Below, piece after piece: positions 51,260-62,188 of a DNA stretch of 64,000 nt. Under the pieces are notes generated by a model. It worked only from the letters and a program-made list of their open reading frames with translations. It was not told where the DNA came from and did not search any database. Both the position numbers and the translations under genes were made by a program. Within the stretch, counting starts at the first letter, position 1. Each line of letters opens with the position of its first letter. Source of the DNA: Candidatus Latescibacterota bacterium (GTDB taxonomy: Bacteria > Latescibacterota > UBA2968 > GCA-2709665); contig CBDDDZ010000005.1 of NCBI GenBank assembly GCA_965226795.1, positions 736,001-800,000 on the forward strand, given 5' to 3'.

Positions 51260-52091
51260 AATAATCGACTTGCGGGCTGTCGCTCCGACGGTCGCCCGTG
51301 TGCTCAACGTGCCTGCGCCTGGTGGCGCAGAGGCTGAACCGATTGCGGAGGTTGTCGAGACTCTGCATGCCGCCGACCGGCTTGCGTTGGTGTTGGTTGA
51401 CGGTTTCGGCTCGTCGTTGTGGCAGTATGTCCGCGATGCCGTTCCGGTGTTGAACCGGATCGCGGCGCTCCGGCATCTTGAGATCCAATCCGTGCTGCCG
51501 TCGATGACCTATATCTGCATTTCGACGATGTTGACCGGTGTGTCTCCATCCTCGCACGGCGTGACGGATTTACAGACCTTGATCCGGGCTACCCGTTCCG
51601 CCGATATGGATACCGTCTTCAACCGGGTGAGAGACGCGGGCGGGCAGACGTTGATGGCCGTGCACAAACGGGATGTGGAGGGGCTGGACATCGAGCGATT
51701 TGCCGACCGAACGGTACTGGCCGAGGAACGGAACGACCTGGAGATATACGGCCGGGTTCCCGGTTTAATTGTTGAAAACTTGCCCACGTTCGCGTTTGTG
51801 CATTTGCTGGACATCGACGAAGCCGGCCACAGGTACGGTCCTTACACGCCGGAGGTCCGGCAGTCCGCCAGGGCGATGGACCGGCGTCTGAAGGGCCTGC
51901 TGGCCTGCCTTGCGACCTCCGGATACGCGGCGGTAATCCTGGCGGATCACGGAATGCACGAGGCTCCTCGGGAAACTCCCGATACGGAGGGGAATCGGGG
52001 AATGCACGATGGCTCGGTTCCGGAGGATTTGCTCATTCCGCTGCTGTGGGCGACGGCAGAAGAACTGGGTGATATTGTGAAAGGGAGTTAG
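51252..52091 (+). CDS. Alkaline phosphatase superfamily (phosphodiesterase-like) protein
   Basis: LVDGFG, PSMT, DEAGHRYGP and ADHG. Confidence 0.85.
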   Translation: MAEIIDLRAVAPTVARVLNVPAPGGAEAEPIAEVVETLHAADRLALVLVDGFGSSLWQYVRDAVPVLNRIAALRHLEIQSVLPSMTYICISTMLTGVSPSSHGVTDLQTLIRATRSADMDTVFNRVRDAGGQTLMAVHKRDVEGLDIERFADRTVLAEERNDLEIYGRVPGLIVENLPTFAFVHLLDIDEAGHRYGPYTPEVRQSARAMDRRLKGLLACLATSGYAAVILADHGMHEAPRETPDTEGNRGMHDGSVPEDLLIPLLWATAEELGDIVKGS

Positions 52092-52160
52092 AACGAAATC
52101 AAGGAAGCACGTTCCAGTCGTTCGGCCTCGAATTTTTCCTGGATGTTTTTCGGTCTCTGT

Positions 52161-53024
52161 TCAGGCGCCTTCGGAATAGGGCATGAGTTTGCGCACCCTG
52201 GTGGGATGGCGGAGCTTTCGGAGCGCCTTTTCCTTGATCTGGCGGATGCGTTCACGGGTGAGCCTGAACCGGATGCCGATTTCTTCAAGGGTCATCTCGG
52301 CATCACCGCCCAGGCCGAAATAGAGTCGAATGACTTCGCGTTCCCTTTCTTCCAGTGTATCCAGCGCCGCGAAGATCTCATCTTCAAGTGAATTCTGCAT
52401 GAGAAGATGGTCGGGCGATTCCTGATTTTCGTCCGTCATGATATCGAGCAGGCTGTTTTCATCGTCTTCGCCGAAGGTCATGTCGAGCGAGAGGATGCGT
52501 TGCCCGCTGGCGAGGGTATCGACTACCTGTTTGACCGAGATGCCCAGTTCCTCTGCGATTTCTTCTTCCGGAGGTCGCCCGGACGTCTCCTGTTGCCGGT
52601 TGTTCACATAGCGGGAGATGCGCCGTAGAAGGTCCACCCGGTTGAGCGGAAGACGCACGACCCGTGAATGTTCCGCCACGGTTTGCAGGATAGACTGGCG
52701 AATCCACCAGACCGCGTAGGAAATAAACTTGAACCCCCTGGTCTCGTCGAATCGCTCCGCTGCCGTGATGAGCCCCAGGTTGCCCGCACTGATTAAATCT
52801 GCCAGCGGTACGCCCTGGTTCTGATACTCGCGGGCCACGGTAATGACAAATCGAAGATTGGCCTCGACAAGCTTCCTGCGTGCTTCGAGGTCTCCCTTCT
52901 TGATGCGGCGGGCGAGAAAGACTTCCTCCTGGGCCGTCAGCGGCTTGGACGAGGCAACGTCTTTCAGGTAGCGGTACAATGAATCTTTCACCTCATCGCG
53001 GTAGATTCCGCTCTTTCTGGCCAC
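52161..53024 (-). CDS. RNA polymerase sigma-70 factor, RpoD/SigA family (short form)
   Basis: ANLRFV, FISYAVWWIRQ and TLEEIG...TRERIRQI; GTG start after GAGG. Confidence 0.93.
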   Translation of the reverse strand: MARKSGIYRDEVKDSLYRYLKDVASSKPLTAQEEVFLARRIKKGDLEARRKLVEANLRFVITVAREYQNQGVPLADLISAGNLGLITAAERFDETRGFKFISYAVWWIRQSILQTVAEHSRVVRLPLNRVDLLRRISRYVNNRQQETSGRPPEEEIAEELGISVKQVVDTLASGQRILSLDMTFGEDDENSLLDIMTDENQESPDHLLMQNSLEDEIFAALDTLEEREREVIRLYFGLGGDAEMTLEEIGIRFRLTRERIRQIKEKALRKLRHPTRVRKLMPYSEGA

Positions 53025-53448
53025 GATGACCACCTCGAATGGATGTGCGATCGGTGGATGGGATTCTGTAACCGGCGGGAGGACGTATGACCTGATACCA
53101 ACTTGAATATTCGGCGTTCCCATTAAGTTGTCAAGCGAAATTTCCGAAGCGTACTGCGGATATCCTTTTCTGGTTCCAGTTGTGCTTTCTGCCGGCGCCA
53201 AACGGTGGAAATTCCCGGTCGCTTCGTTGCCATTTCAGCATGTTCGACACCCGAAGTCAGCCGCAATACAGGCTGTACGACCGGGCCTGGCTTGACTGTG
53301 TATTTTGTTTGGCATAAATTGCGCGTCGCTCTTCCGGATCACGGTTTCTTACATCACTAATGTCTCGTCCTATGCGGCGCTGCACGGCGGGCATCGGTAG
53401 AGGCGCAGGGCCGCGGCGTGGCGAATGACGGCGTGTGGAGGCATTCCA

Positions 53449-54508
53449 ATGGATGTGCCAATTGATCGTTCACGTTTATTGAAGTTGCTGGAAAAACTCC
53501 TGATGGCCCATGCCCCTCCAGGCGCCGAAGGCGAAGTCGACGCCATTGTGATGAATGAGGTACGACCCCTTGCGGCGTCGGTCTGGCAGGATGCCGCAGA
53601 GAGTATCGTGGTCCACATCAGCGGCCGTGAGGATGGCGCGCCTGTCGCCGTCACGGCGCACAAGGATGAGATCGGCCTTATAGTCAAGCGTGTCCAGGAC
53701 GATGGACGTTTGCGCGTCCGTCCACTGGGCGGCCTCCATCCATGGGCGGTGGGAGAGGGGCCGGTTGACGTTTTGACCGAAGGTGAACCGGTGGCGGGCA
53801 TCCTGTCTGTAGGGTCCAAGCATGTCTCCGAAGAAAGTCCGGCTGGTACTCTGAAAACGGGCAAGGCGATAAAATGGGAGACGTTCTGGATCGAGACCAA
53901 GCGCTCCGCCGGGGATCTGCGGGAACTCGGCGTGCATCGCGGCAGCAAGGCCGTCCTGGCGCGGTCCAGAAAACAACCCATGTTCATAGGGGATTTCATT
54001 TGCGGTTACAATCTCGACTGCAGGGCCGGACTGGCCGTCCTGCTCGAGGCGGCCAGGCAGCTGGCCGAAACGCCGCCGCCGCGCGATGTATATCTCGTTG
54101 CAAGTTCCGAGGAGGAGATCGGCGCACAGGGCGCCGCCTTTTCGATCGGGCAACTGCCCGCTCAGACGGTGATCGCTCTGGATATCGCACCGGTGGCGGA
54201 AGAATATCAGATTGAGAATTGCGGCAATCCGGTTCTGCTTTGGGGCGATGCGTCGGGGGTTTACCACGAACGCACATTGCGTCACCTGGACGGGACTGGC
54301 GGCCCGGATGGGATTCGAAACGCAGCCGGCGGTCGTGACTTCCTATGGGAGCGACGCCAGTATTTCGAAGCGGATCGGGTCGGCCGGCCGGGCGGCCTGC
54401 ATTGCGTATCCGGGAGAGAACACCCACGGGTACGAGATCTGTTCTGTGGAAGGAATTCTGAATTCGGCGCGGCTGCTGATGGCGTATCTGATGCATCCTC
54501 TGGATTGA
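53449..54508 (+). pseudogene. M42 family aminopeptidase, +1 frameshift near 54292
   Basis: AHKDEIG, LDCRAG and SEEEIG; the C-terminus (GSDA, THGYE) lies in another frame. Confidence 0.8.
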
Positions 54509-54688
54509 GTGTCGATACGCAGGCGCCAGGGGTACCCGGTCAGCGGAAGGGCGGGTACGGACTCGGCGTTTAATTGTGGAACCCATCATGGGCAACGCGC
54601 GCAACGAACTCGACTGAACCGTTCCCCTGAGCTTGCGCCGTGAGACCGTCGAAGGGTGTCGAAGTGTCGCGAAGAATTCAAGGCTTCT

Positions 54689-55438
54689 ATGCTAATCGAC
54701 AATAAAAAAGGACAATATCAATTCCTGGAAGGAATTGATCCCTATTCATGCGGCGTCGTTGCCGCCCCCGGATACGAGGTCGTACACGCGACGTTCAAGG
54801 ACGCGCTGCCGTGGCTGGCCGGGTTTGAGAAGGTCGATATGCATCTGTGTGACTCGGGTCGGGACCGGCATGCGCTTTGCGGGGTGGAACTACGCTGCTC
54901 GAAACCGCATCCAATGGACGGGTTCATCAGGTTCAACGAGGCCTATTGCGACCTTTTGAGATCCTGGAGCTTGCATGTGGACGGGATGAACCCGGTGGCG
55001 CGAACCAATGTTTCGCCGGTGTGCAATCCGCCGGGCGAGACCGTGATGCACGGGTTTTCATATACAATGCCCCACCGCGAAGAAAGCAGCGGCACGTTCG
55101 TAATCGCGGGTGCGGGTGAATTGCTTGAAGGCGAGTTGGTGAACGACGGCATCGTCAGGCGGGGTGAGACAGGCCCGGACGCGATGCGCGAGAAAGCGGC
55201 GTACGTGGTGCGGGTGATGGCGGATCGGCTTGCGGGCGTGGGCGCGAACTGGAACCAGGTAACGACGGTGGAGGTATACACTGCCCACCCGTTGGATGGT
55301 ATTATGGATGACGTCGTGCTTCCGGGAGTCGGAATGGCGCAGCGGCACGGCTTCAGGTTGTACCGGGCGCGACCGCCGGTGTGCGGGATTGAATTCGAGA
55401 TGGATATCAGGGGAATCAGACGGGAACTCTGCGTCTGA
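54689..55438 (+). CDS. RidA-like / CnbZ-like (aminomuconate deaminase-like) protein
   Basis: PYSCGV, NPVARTNV, FVIAGAGE and RPPV..IEFEMD. Confidence 0.65.
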   Translation: MLIDNKKGQYQFLEGIDPYSCGVVAAPGYEVVHATFKDALPWLAGFEKVDMHLCDSGRDRHALCGVELRCSKPHPMDGFIRFNEAYCDLLRSWSLHVDGMNPVARTNVSPVCNPPGETVMHGFSYTMPHREESSGTFVIAGAGELLEGELVNDGIVRRGETGPDAMREKAAYVVRVMADRLAGVGANWNQVTTVEVYTAHPLDGIMDDVVLPGVGMAQRHGFRLYRARPPVCGIEFEMDIRGIRRELCV

Positions 55439-55573
55439 CAACCTGAGGCGGGCCAGCGGATGCGCGCGCTTTCACAAACGTTTTTGTCGCGGCGCATCTG
55501 GTCGTCCGGGAGAGGACTCGGGCAGAATACGGGTCGGACGTTGAGTTCGCCCCGTGTATATATTTCAGGTATT

Positions 55574-56542
55574 CTATGGGGTCAGGAGCACCTTGCCCTT
55601 CGTCTGCCTGCCTTCCAGAAGCCGGTGCGCCTCGTGGGCATCAGAAAGGGGAAGCGTACGGTCAATGCGCAGTCTGAGTTTGCCGGTTTGCAGCCAGCCA
55701 AGCACGTCCCCGGCGCGAAGATGCAGTTCCTCCCGGGTCGCGGTGTAGTCGACAAGGGTGGGGCGCGTCATGAATATCGAGCCGTGACGGGTGAGCAGCA
55801 GCGGGTCTACGGGCGGCACGGGGCCGCTGGCATTGCCGAAGAGCACGAGGCACCCCCGGGGCCGCAGACAACTCATGCTTTTTTCCCAGGTGGTTTTCCC
55901 CACCGAGTCGTATGCGACGTGCACGCCCCCGCCGTTCGTGAGGCGATTGACTTCGGCTTCGAAATCCTGTTCGGTGTATCTGATAGTATCATCCGCTCCC
56001 GCGTCCCGTGCCAGTTGTGCTTTTTCTTCCGTTGACACGGTGCCGATGACCCGCGCCCCCCGCAATTTCGCCATCTGAACCAGGATGAGTCCCACGCCGC
56101 CCGCGGCGGCGTGGATGAGAACGGTGTCGCCTTCCGCAACGACATACGTGCTGTGCACGAGATAATGGGATGTCATTCCCTGGAGCATGGCAGCCGCGCC
56201 GGCGGCTGCGTCCACGCCATCGGGAAGTCTGACGAGTCGCTCCTGTGGCGCGGCCACGAATTCGGCATACGAGCAGGGCACCCCGGCGTAGGCCACGCGG
56301 TCCCCCAATTGGAATTCGGTGACTTCAGAACCCAGAGCCGCCACCGTGCCGGCGGCCTCGAGGCCGGGAATAAAGGGCAAGTCGAGCGGATAGAGGCCCG
56401 TGCGGTGGTAGGTGTCTATATAGTTCAGACCAATGGCTTCGATTTCGACCAGTACTTCACCCGGGCCGGGCTCCGGATTCGGGACTTCCTTATAGCATAG
56501 GACTTCCGGACCGCCGGTGCGGGAAACTTGAATCGCTTTCAT
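55574..56542 (-). CDS. qor: NADPH:quinone oxidoreductase (zeta-crystallin family)
   Basis: GLNYIDTYHRTGLY, HAAAGGVG and YDSVGK. Confidence 0.92.
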   Translation of the reverse strand: MKAIQVSRTGGPEVLCYKEVPNPEPGPGEVLVEIEAIGLNYIDTYHRTGLYPLDLPFIPGLEAAGTVAALGSEVTEFQLGDRVAYAGVPCSYAEFVAAPQERLVRLPDGVDAAAGAAAMLQGMTSHYLVHSTYVVAEGDTVLIHAAAGGVGLILVQMAKLRGARVIGTVSTEEKAQLARDAGADDTIRYTEQDFEAEVNRLTNGGGVHVAYDSVGKTTWEKSMSCLRPRGCLVLFGNASGPVPPVDPLLLTRHGSIFMTRPTLVDYTATREELHLRAGDVLGWLQTGKLRLRIDRTLPLSDAHEAHRLLEGRQTKGKVLLTP

Positions 56543-56561
56543 GGAAATCTCCTTGTTGGGT

Positions 56562-58775
56562 TCAGTGCCTGGCCGTAATGCCGAGAGAGATGCGTCTGGG
56601 CGACCCCAGATTGCGTTCCACAACGGCATAGTTGTACGCCAGGGCGTTATGTGCCTTCAGGACCACCAGGACTTGTCCGAGCGTGTACGCGGCCGAGAGG
56701 TCGAGCAGATAAACCGGTATGAGATCGCGGTTCCCTTCCGGCAATATTCCGGATGCGCGCAGGATTCGGCTTCTGAACTTGAATCGGCCTTCCAACGTGA
56801 GACCGCGGAACGTGGTCTGTAATCCGGCGGTGGCAATGTGCCGGGGGCGATAGGGAAGCGGCTGGTCACCCTCGGGCAGGTTTTCAATCGCGCTGATGAA
56901 GGTATAGTTCCCTTCGAGGCGCAACGGATCCAACGCGGCGGCCAGGCCCGCTTCGACGCCGGCGGTTCGGCCTCTGGCGACGTTCCTGAAACTGACCACG
57001 CCGCCGACGTCCGGCCGTGCCTCGACGAGATCCTGATAGCGGCTCCAGAATGCCGCGGCGTTGAGGTGAGACCAGGGAGTCGGACGGTGATCCAGGGCGA
57101 CTTCGGTGGAGATGCTTTTTTCGGCCACCAGGCCGGTATTGGGAACGATAGGAATCGCGGAGAAAGTGGCGTCGGTGTAGATTTCGGCAATTGAGGGTCC
57201 TCTGAAGCCCCATCCCAGGGTCGCGCGCAACGTGGTACGCCTGGATGGCCGATAGGAGAAACCCAGCTTGGGGCTGAGACGATTTTCCGCGCCGCGGTCG
57301 TCGGTACGGTAACGGTCGTAGCGGCTGCCCCCGGACAGCGCAAACCGATCCGCGGCTTCGATTTCGGCCTGGACATAGGCGGCCAGGTTAAGCCCGGTGT
57401 GATTCCCGAAGAGGTGATCCGAAGAATGCACGGTGTCATGGATCCACTGCGTTCCGACGGTTAGCGCAACCTTTGCGGCGGGCTGGAGGTCCAACTGGAG
57501 TTCCTGGCCGAATTTGTAGGCTTCCGACCGGGTTCGCCCGCTAATTTCGTTGTCAAATTCCGTGCGATACACAAAGGATTTGAGTCGATAGCCCGATTGC
57601 GGATTGAGCAGGTGATAGAAGTCGACGTTCAGATTCAGCTTCTGAGATACGGTTTTGTCGTTTTTTGCGCTCTCAGGTACTTCCAGGGGTTCGTTTCTGT
57701 CTTTCCACAGGACGAAGGTACCGTGATCGTCCAGGGCCCAGTTGCAGGTTGCGGTAAACGTCGCCGCAGCCTTGAAGCGATGCCTGAGTTTGCCGAAGAG
57801 TTTGTATCTCCTGTGCCATGCATTTTCTCTGAATCCGTTGGTCCACTTCTGTCCGGCGCCCAGAATGAAACCCGTGTTACCGGACTGCAGGGAATGGCTG
57901 ATGTCCGTTCCCTCGAAGTACCGCCCACGCGACGACCAACGCCACTCCTGATGGCTGGGTTGGCTGTATCGCCCGCCCAGAAACCGGAAGTGCGTCTCCG
58001 GATCGGGCGACGGATTCCGGGTGATGACGTTGATGATGCCGCCAAGCGCGCCGGTGCCGTATAGCGCGGACCCGGCGCCCTTAATGATTTCCACGCGAGC
58101 GATCTGATCGATGGGAATGGCGTCCCACTTGACGTCGGCGTTGTCGGCGGATAGCGCGGGAAAACCGTCGATCAGCATAAGGACGCGGCTTCCCGTTCCC
58201 CTGGAATAACCGCTGGACCCCCTTATGTTGACCTGGCCCCCCACCATATTGACGCCGGGCACGTATTCCAGTGATTCGTTCAGGGAGACGGAATTGTCGG
58301 ACTGGAGTTCCTCCGCGCCGATGAGCGAGACGCTTGTTGGCGCGTCGACGGCGTTTCGTGCGCGTTTGCTCGCGGAGACCACAATGGCGGGCAATTCGAT
58401 GGGCGTGGAAGAGAGTCGAACGTACAGCCGGAGGGTATCGTTCGCGGTAACGCGAACGTCTTCCGCCAAGTGGGGTGCGAAACCCAGCATGGAGACGGAG
58501 ACGGTGTAGACACCCCGCGGTAAACCGGTCAGGCTGAATTTGCCGTCCACGCCGGTTTCCGTTCCGATGCCGGTGCCAAGCAATACGATGTTGGCGCCCG
58601 GCAACGGTTCACCGGTCTTTTCGTCGTTTGCTCGTCCGACCATCGTGCCGGAGGTTTCCGCCCGCAGGGTTGAGCCCGGACAGAGAAGGCAGAGGAGGCA
58701 GAAAGCCTGTGCAAACGCGGCGATCCGGCCGATCGGCGCCTTGCACGAGGTCGAAATAGGTTTGGATATCGACAT
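56562..58775 (-). CDS. TonB-dependent receptor with carboxypeptidase-regulatory-like N-domain
   Basis: GEPLPGANI, VVSASK, RVEIIKGAGSALYG..ALGGIINVIT and a beta-barrel C-terminus. Confidence 0.92.
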   Translation of the reverse strand: MSISKPISTSCKAPIGRIAAFAQAFCLLCLLCPGSTLRAETSGTMVGRANDEKTGEPLPGANIVLLGTGIGTETGVDGKFSLTGLPRGVYTVSVSMLGFAPHLAEDVRVTANDTLRLYVRLSSTPIELPAIVVSASKRARNAVDAPTSVSLIGAEELQSDNSVSLNESLEYVPGVNMVGGQVNIRGSSGYSRGTGSRVLMLIDGFPALSADNADVKWDAIPIDQIARVEIIKGAGSALYGTGALGGIINVITRNPSPDPETHFRFLGGRYSQPSHQEWRWSSRGRYFEGTDISHSLQSGNTGFILGAGQKWTNGFRENAWHRRYKLFGKLRHRFKAAATFTATCNWALDDHGTFVLWKDRNEPLEVPESAKNDKTVSQKLNLNVDFYHLLNPQSGYRLKSFVYRTEFDNEISGRTRSEAYKFGQELQLDLQPAAKVALTVGTQWIHDTVHSSDHLFGNHTGLNLAAYVQAEIEAADRFALSGGSRYDRYRTDDRGAENRLSPKLGFSYRPSRRTTLRATLGWGFRGPSIAEIYTDATFSAIPIVPNTGLVAEKSISTEVALDHRPTPWSHLNAAAFWSRYQDLVEARPDVGGVVSFRNVARGRTAGVEAGLAAALDPLRLEGNYTFISAIENLPEGDQPLPYRPRHIATAGLQTTFRGLTLEGRFKFRSRILRASGILPEGNRDLIPVYLLDLSAAYTLGQVLVVLKAHNALAYNYAVVERNLGSPRRISLGITARH

Positions 58776-59175
58776 TTTTTGTGGTTTCACCCAGGTGAAC
58801 CTGCACCGGTGTGGGAAGAGTGTCGTTGCCAACGTGGTAACAGCCGAGCAAGGAGTCGAAATTCCAGAAGCCGCCCTCGGGACGCCAGGCCACCACAATC
58901 CATTCGTAGGTACCCGGCTCTTCCAGTGGAACGAAATATTCGTAACGGTCCGCACCGATGGTCACGGTTGTGTCCCAGCCCGCAATGTTGAAGAAATCGG
59001 CCAGGGTTTGCGGGCGACGCCGGTAGACCGCCACGGCGACGTCGTTGGTTTCCGGCGGCCACTCGCCGTTGAATATGAGGGTTCCCTTGATGCCCGTTCC
59101 GTCGGGCGGCCCGGGACCGAGGCCGCGGCCGCAGGCGATAAGCACGAGAAGGATCGTTGGAATGAAGCGTTTCAT
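58609..59175 (-). CDS. Hypothetical lipoprotein
   Basis: MKRFIPTILLVLIAC lipobox; directly upstream of the TonB receptor. Confidence 0.75.
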   Translation of the reverse strand: MKRFIPTILLVLIACGRGLGPGPPDGTGIKGTLIFNGEWPPETNDVAVAVYRRRPQTLADFFNIAGWDTTVTIGADRYEYFVPLEEPGTYEWIVVAWRPEGGFWNFDSLLGCYHVGNDTLPTPVQVHLGETTKNVDIQTYFDLVQGADRPDRRVCTGFLPPLPSLSGLNPAGGNLRHDGRTSKRRKDR

Positions 59176-59322
59176 GTCGGATAAGCGGCGGGCAAGCGGC
59201 GTTTCAGAGTTCGTGCGGAATGGGTGTCGCCACGCTTGTTTTCCTTGACATGGCCTAGGGTTCAGAATAAGTTTCATCAGCACGTAAACATGTCTTTTCG
59301 GCGTTTAATAGGGAGGTCGCCA

Positions 59323-60384
59323 ATGACTGTTTCAGCGCTACATGCAGCCAAACTGGCGGCGGGCGCGGTATTCGAACGGATTGACGGCAGGGCGGCGGCG
59401 GCGCACTACGGCGATGCCGCATCCGAGTACGCTTCAGTTCGTGAGGCCGTGGGTCTGGTCGATCGGAGCGACCGGGGCCACCTGCTGGTTACCGGATCGG
59501 ACCGTGTACGTTTTTTGCACGGGATGTTGAGCAATACGGTCGAGGGGCTGGAAACAGGAGGGGGCAATTATGCGACAATGACGACGCCTCGGGGTCAGAC
59601 ACTGACCGACGTATGGGTGTATCACCGTGCGGAAGGGTTCCTGCTGGAGACGGAGCCGGGATTGCAGGAAAAATTGATGGCGTCCCTGGATAAATTCCTG
59701 ATCGCGGATGACGTCGATATCAAAGACGTTACCGGGGAACAGGCGATATTGGGCGTACACGGATACGGCGCTCGCGCGCTTATCGTGCCTTTGGTGGGTG
59801 ATGTGCCCGCCGATCTTGCGGATTGCCATACCGTCGTCCGCACGATGGATGGCGTGGATGTGTCCGTGACCGCGCGCTCCTATACGGGAGAGCCCGGCTA
59901 CGATCTCCGGATAACCGCTGACAAGGCCCCGCACCTGTGGAATGCCCTGATTTCTGCGGGCGCATCCCCCGTGGGGTTTCAGGCATTGGAAGCGTTGCGA
60001 ATAGAGTCCGGAATTCCACGTTACGGAGTGGACATGGACGAGCGGGTTGTACCGCTGGAAGCGGGCCTCTATCACGCGGTCGATTTCGAAAAGGGATGTT
60101 TTATTGGCCAGGAAACGATCGCCAAGATGCATAATTTGGGCAAGCCTAGGCGGTATCTGGTTGGTCTCCGCCTTGAGACAGAGAAAGTTCCGCCGGCTGA
60201 AACACCCCTTCGAGACGGCGAAAAACAGATCGGGTGGATTACAAGCAGCCTGCGTTCCCCTGCCCTGGGGCGGGTGGTATCGCTCGCCTCCGTCCGCCGG
60301 GGGTACGAACAGCCCGGCGGATTCCTGTCTGTCGATGGGGGAGGCCGGGCCGAGGTCGTCGAACTGCCGTTTTTTCGACGATAG
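59323..60384 (+). CDS. GcvT/YgfZ-family folate-binding protein
   Basis: GLVDRS, RIESG and KGCFIGQE. Confidence 0.88.
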   Translation: MTVSALHAAKLAAGAVFERIDGRAAAAHYGDAASEYASVREAVGLVDRSDRGHLLVTGSDRVRFLHGMLSNTVEGLETGGGNYATMTTPRGQTLTDVWVYHRAEGFLLETEPGLQEKLMASLDKFLIADDVDIKDVTGEQAILGVHGYGARALIVPLVGDVPADLADCHTVVRTMDGVDVSVTARSYTGEPGYDLRITADKAPHLWNALISAGASPVGFQALEALRIESGIPRYGVDMDERVVPLEAGLYHAVDFEKGCFIGQETIAKMHNLGKPRRYLVGLRLETEKVPPAETPLRDGEKQIGWITSSLRSPALGRVVSLASVRRGYEQPGGFLSVDGGGRAEVVELPFFRR

Positions 60385-60647
60385 GCAGCACGACCCGATC
60401 CATCAACCTAGAATACAGGCGGATATCGGTGATGTCAAGGTCTTTTTGTCCAAAAAGATCCCAACGGTACCGGGCGGTCTTTTTGGCCGGTACCGTTGGG
60501 TTGTTGACTCTGCACATTTGTTCATTTATATTGATATTAATGAAGGGTCGGGAGTGGGGCTTTTCCCGTCGGCGCCGGTGTCGTTACAAGAGGCAATTTG
60601 AGATGTGCAAGGTAGCCCGTATCCGCTGGGAGTGGCTGAGATAGGCA

Positions 60648-61004
60648 ATGGGAAACGACGTGTTGCGCCTGAAAAATATGAGGTTCTTTGCCTACCATGG
60701 GCTGTTTCCCGAAGAGGCGAAATTGGGGCAGTGGTTTGAGGTGGACGTGGAAGTCTTCTCGGACTTTCGGGGTTATGCCCGCGACGGCACCGCCGACGCC
60801 GTCGACTATTCGCGGATCTATGAAACGACACAGGCGGTTGTAACGGGGGAGCGTTTCGGTCTGGTGGAGGCCCTGGCGGATCGCATTGCTGAGGTGCTGC
60901 AGTCGAACCTTCATCTGAAGCGCCTGCGGGTCAGGGTGCGCAAACCCAATCCGCCCATACAGGCGGTATTTGACGGCGTAGAGGTCGAAGTGGAGCGGGG
61001 ATGA
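60648..61004 (+). CDS. folB: Dihydroneopterin aldolase
   Basis: FAYHG..PEE..LGQ.FEVD, VDYS and RKPNPP. Confidence 0.95.
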   Translation: MGNDVLRLKNMRFFAYHGLFPEEAKLGQWFEVDVEVFSDFRGYARDGTADAVDYSRIYETTQAVVTGERFGLVEALADRIAEVLQSNLHLKRLRVRVRKPNPPIQAVFDGVEVEVERG

Positions 61005-61007
61005 CCG

Positions 61008-61520
61008 ATGGCGCTCTCTTACATCGGTATGGGGGCGAACCTTGACGACCGGGCGGCCGTATTGCGCCGGGCGACGGCCACGCTGGACGCGCACGACAGA
61101 CTTAAGGTGAAGGCTGCCTCTCCAATCTATGAAACTGCGCCTATCGGGGTAACCGAGCAGCCGATGTTTCTGAACGCGGTGCTTGCCCTGGAAACAGACC
61201 TCGATGCGCGTGCGCTGCTGGAATGTTTGTTGGACGTGGAAAGACGGTTCGGAAGAGTCCGCAGACTGAGGTGGGGTCCACGGCTCCTGGATCTGGATAT
61301 CCTGCTCTACGGGAATGAGGTTATCCGAAGTCGCGGTTTGCAAATACCCCATCCGAGGTTACACAAGCGGGCTTTTGTTCTGGTACCCCTTTGCGACTTG
61401 ACGCCGAGAGGCCGCCATCCCGTGTTCAACAAGACCTTTTCGGAACTGGCCGAATCGATCGTTCCAACGCAGGAAGTGCGAAAACTGGACGGGGTTTCGC
61501 TGTTGGCGGTTTGCACATAA
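61008..61520 (+). CDS. folK: 2-amino-4-hydroxy-6-hydroxymethyldihydropteridine diphosphokinase
   Basis: GANL, FLNAV, RWGPRLLDLDIL and PHPR. Confidence 0.95.
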   Translation: MALSYIGMGANLDDRAAVLRRATATLDAHDRLKVKAASPIYETAPIGVTEQPMFLNAVLALETDLDARALLECLLDVERRFGRVRRLRWGPRLLDLDILLYGNEVIRSRGLQIPHPRLHKRAFVLVPLCDLTPRGRHPVFNKTFSELAESIVPTQEVRKLDGVSLLAVCT

Positions 61521-61531
61521 AGGCGTGATTC

Positions 61532-62173
61532 GTGGCCGTACGTTATCTCGCAATCGAAGGTCCCCCTTGTGTGGGCAAGACCGAACTCGCCCGCCTCCTC
61601 GGCAGATCCATACAGGCACGCCTGGTCCTTGAAGAGGCGGAGGAGAATCCGTTTCTGCGCCTGTTTTACGAGAACCCAGAGCACTACGGGTTTCAGACAC
61701 AGGTCTTCTTTATGCTGCACCGGTACCGGCAGCAGCAGGATTTGCACCAGATGGACCTGTTCGAGTCCACTGTGGTCAGCAACTATCTGTTCGCCCGGAG
61801 CGGTATATACGCCCATGTCTGCCTGAACGACGCCGAACTTTCGTTGTACGAGCGTGTGGCCGAGACGCTTCAGGAGAAGGTGCCGAATCCCGATCTGGTA
61901 ATATACCTCCACAATTCGACCGAAGATCTTCTGCAACGGGTTCGAAAGCAGGCACCGGCGTACGAACGTCTGATGACTGAAACGTACCTCGCACGGCTCG
62001 TAGAGGCGTACACCCATTTCTTCTTTCACTATACCGAATCGCCTTTGCTCATCATCAACGTTTCACAGGTCGACTTTGTGCGGAATCCGGAGGGCTTGGA
62101 GGAACTGCTTCAACAGGTGAAGGCGCCACCAGCAGGCACCCGCTATTATAGTCCGTTTCAAATTGAGGCCTGA
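61532..62173 (+). CDS. Deoxynucleoside kinase
   Basis: AIEGPPCVGKT, ENPFL..FY and PDLVIYL. Confidence 0.9.
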   Translation: MAVRYLAIEGPPCVGKTELARLLGRSIQARLVLEEAEENPFLRLFYENPEHYGFQTQVFFMLHRYRQQQDLHQMDLFESTVVSNYLFARSGIYAHVCLNDAELSLYERVAETLQEKVPNPDLVIYLHNSTEDLLQRVRKQAPAYERLMTETYLARLVEAYTHFFFHYTESPLLIINVSQVDFVRNPEGLEELLQQVKAPPAGTRYYSPFQIEA

Positions 62174-62188
62174 CGACGGAATACGGTT

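Noticed and set aside
28155..54294. Programmed frameshifting in the permease, BpsA-like and M42 genes
   Set aside because: Isolated single-base indels (~28158, ~46247, ~54292) without slippery heptamers; more likely sequencing error or recent decay
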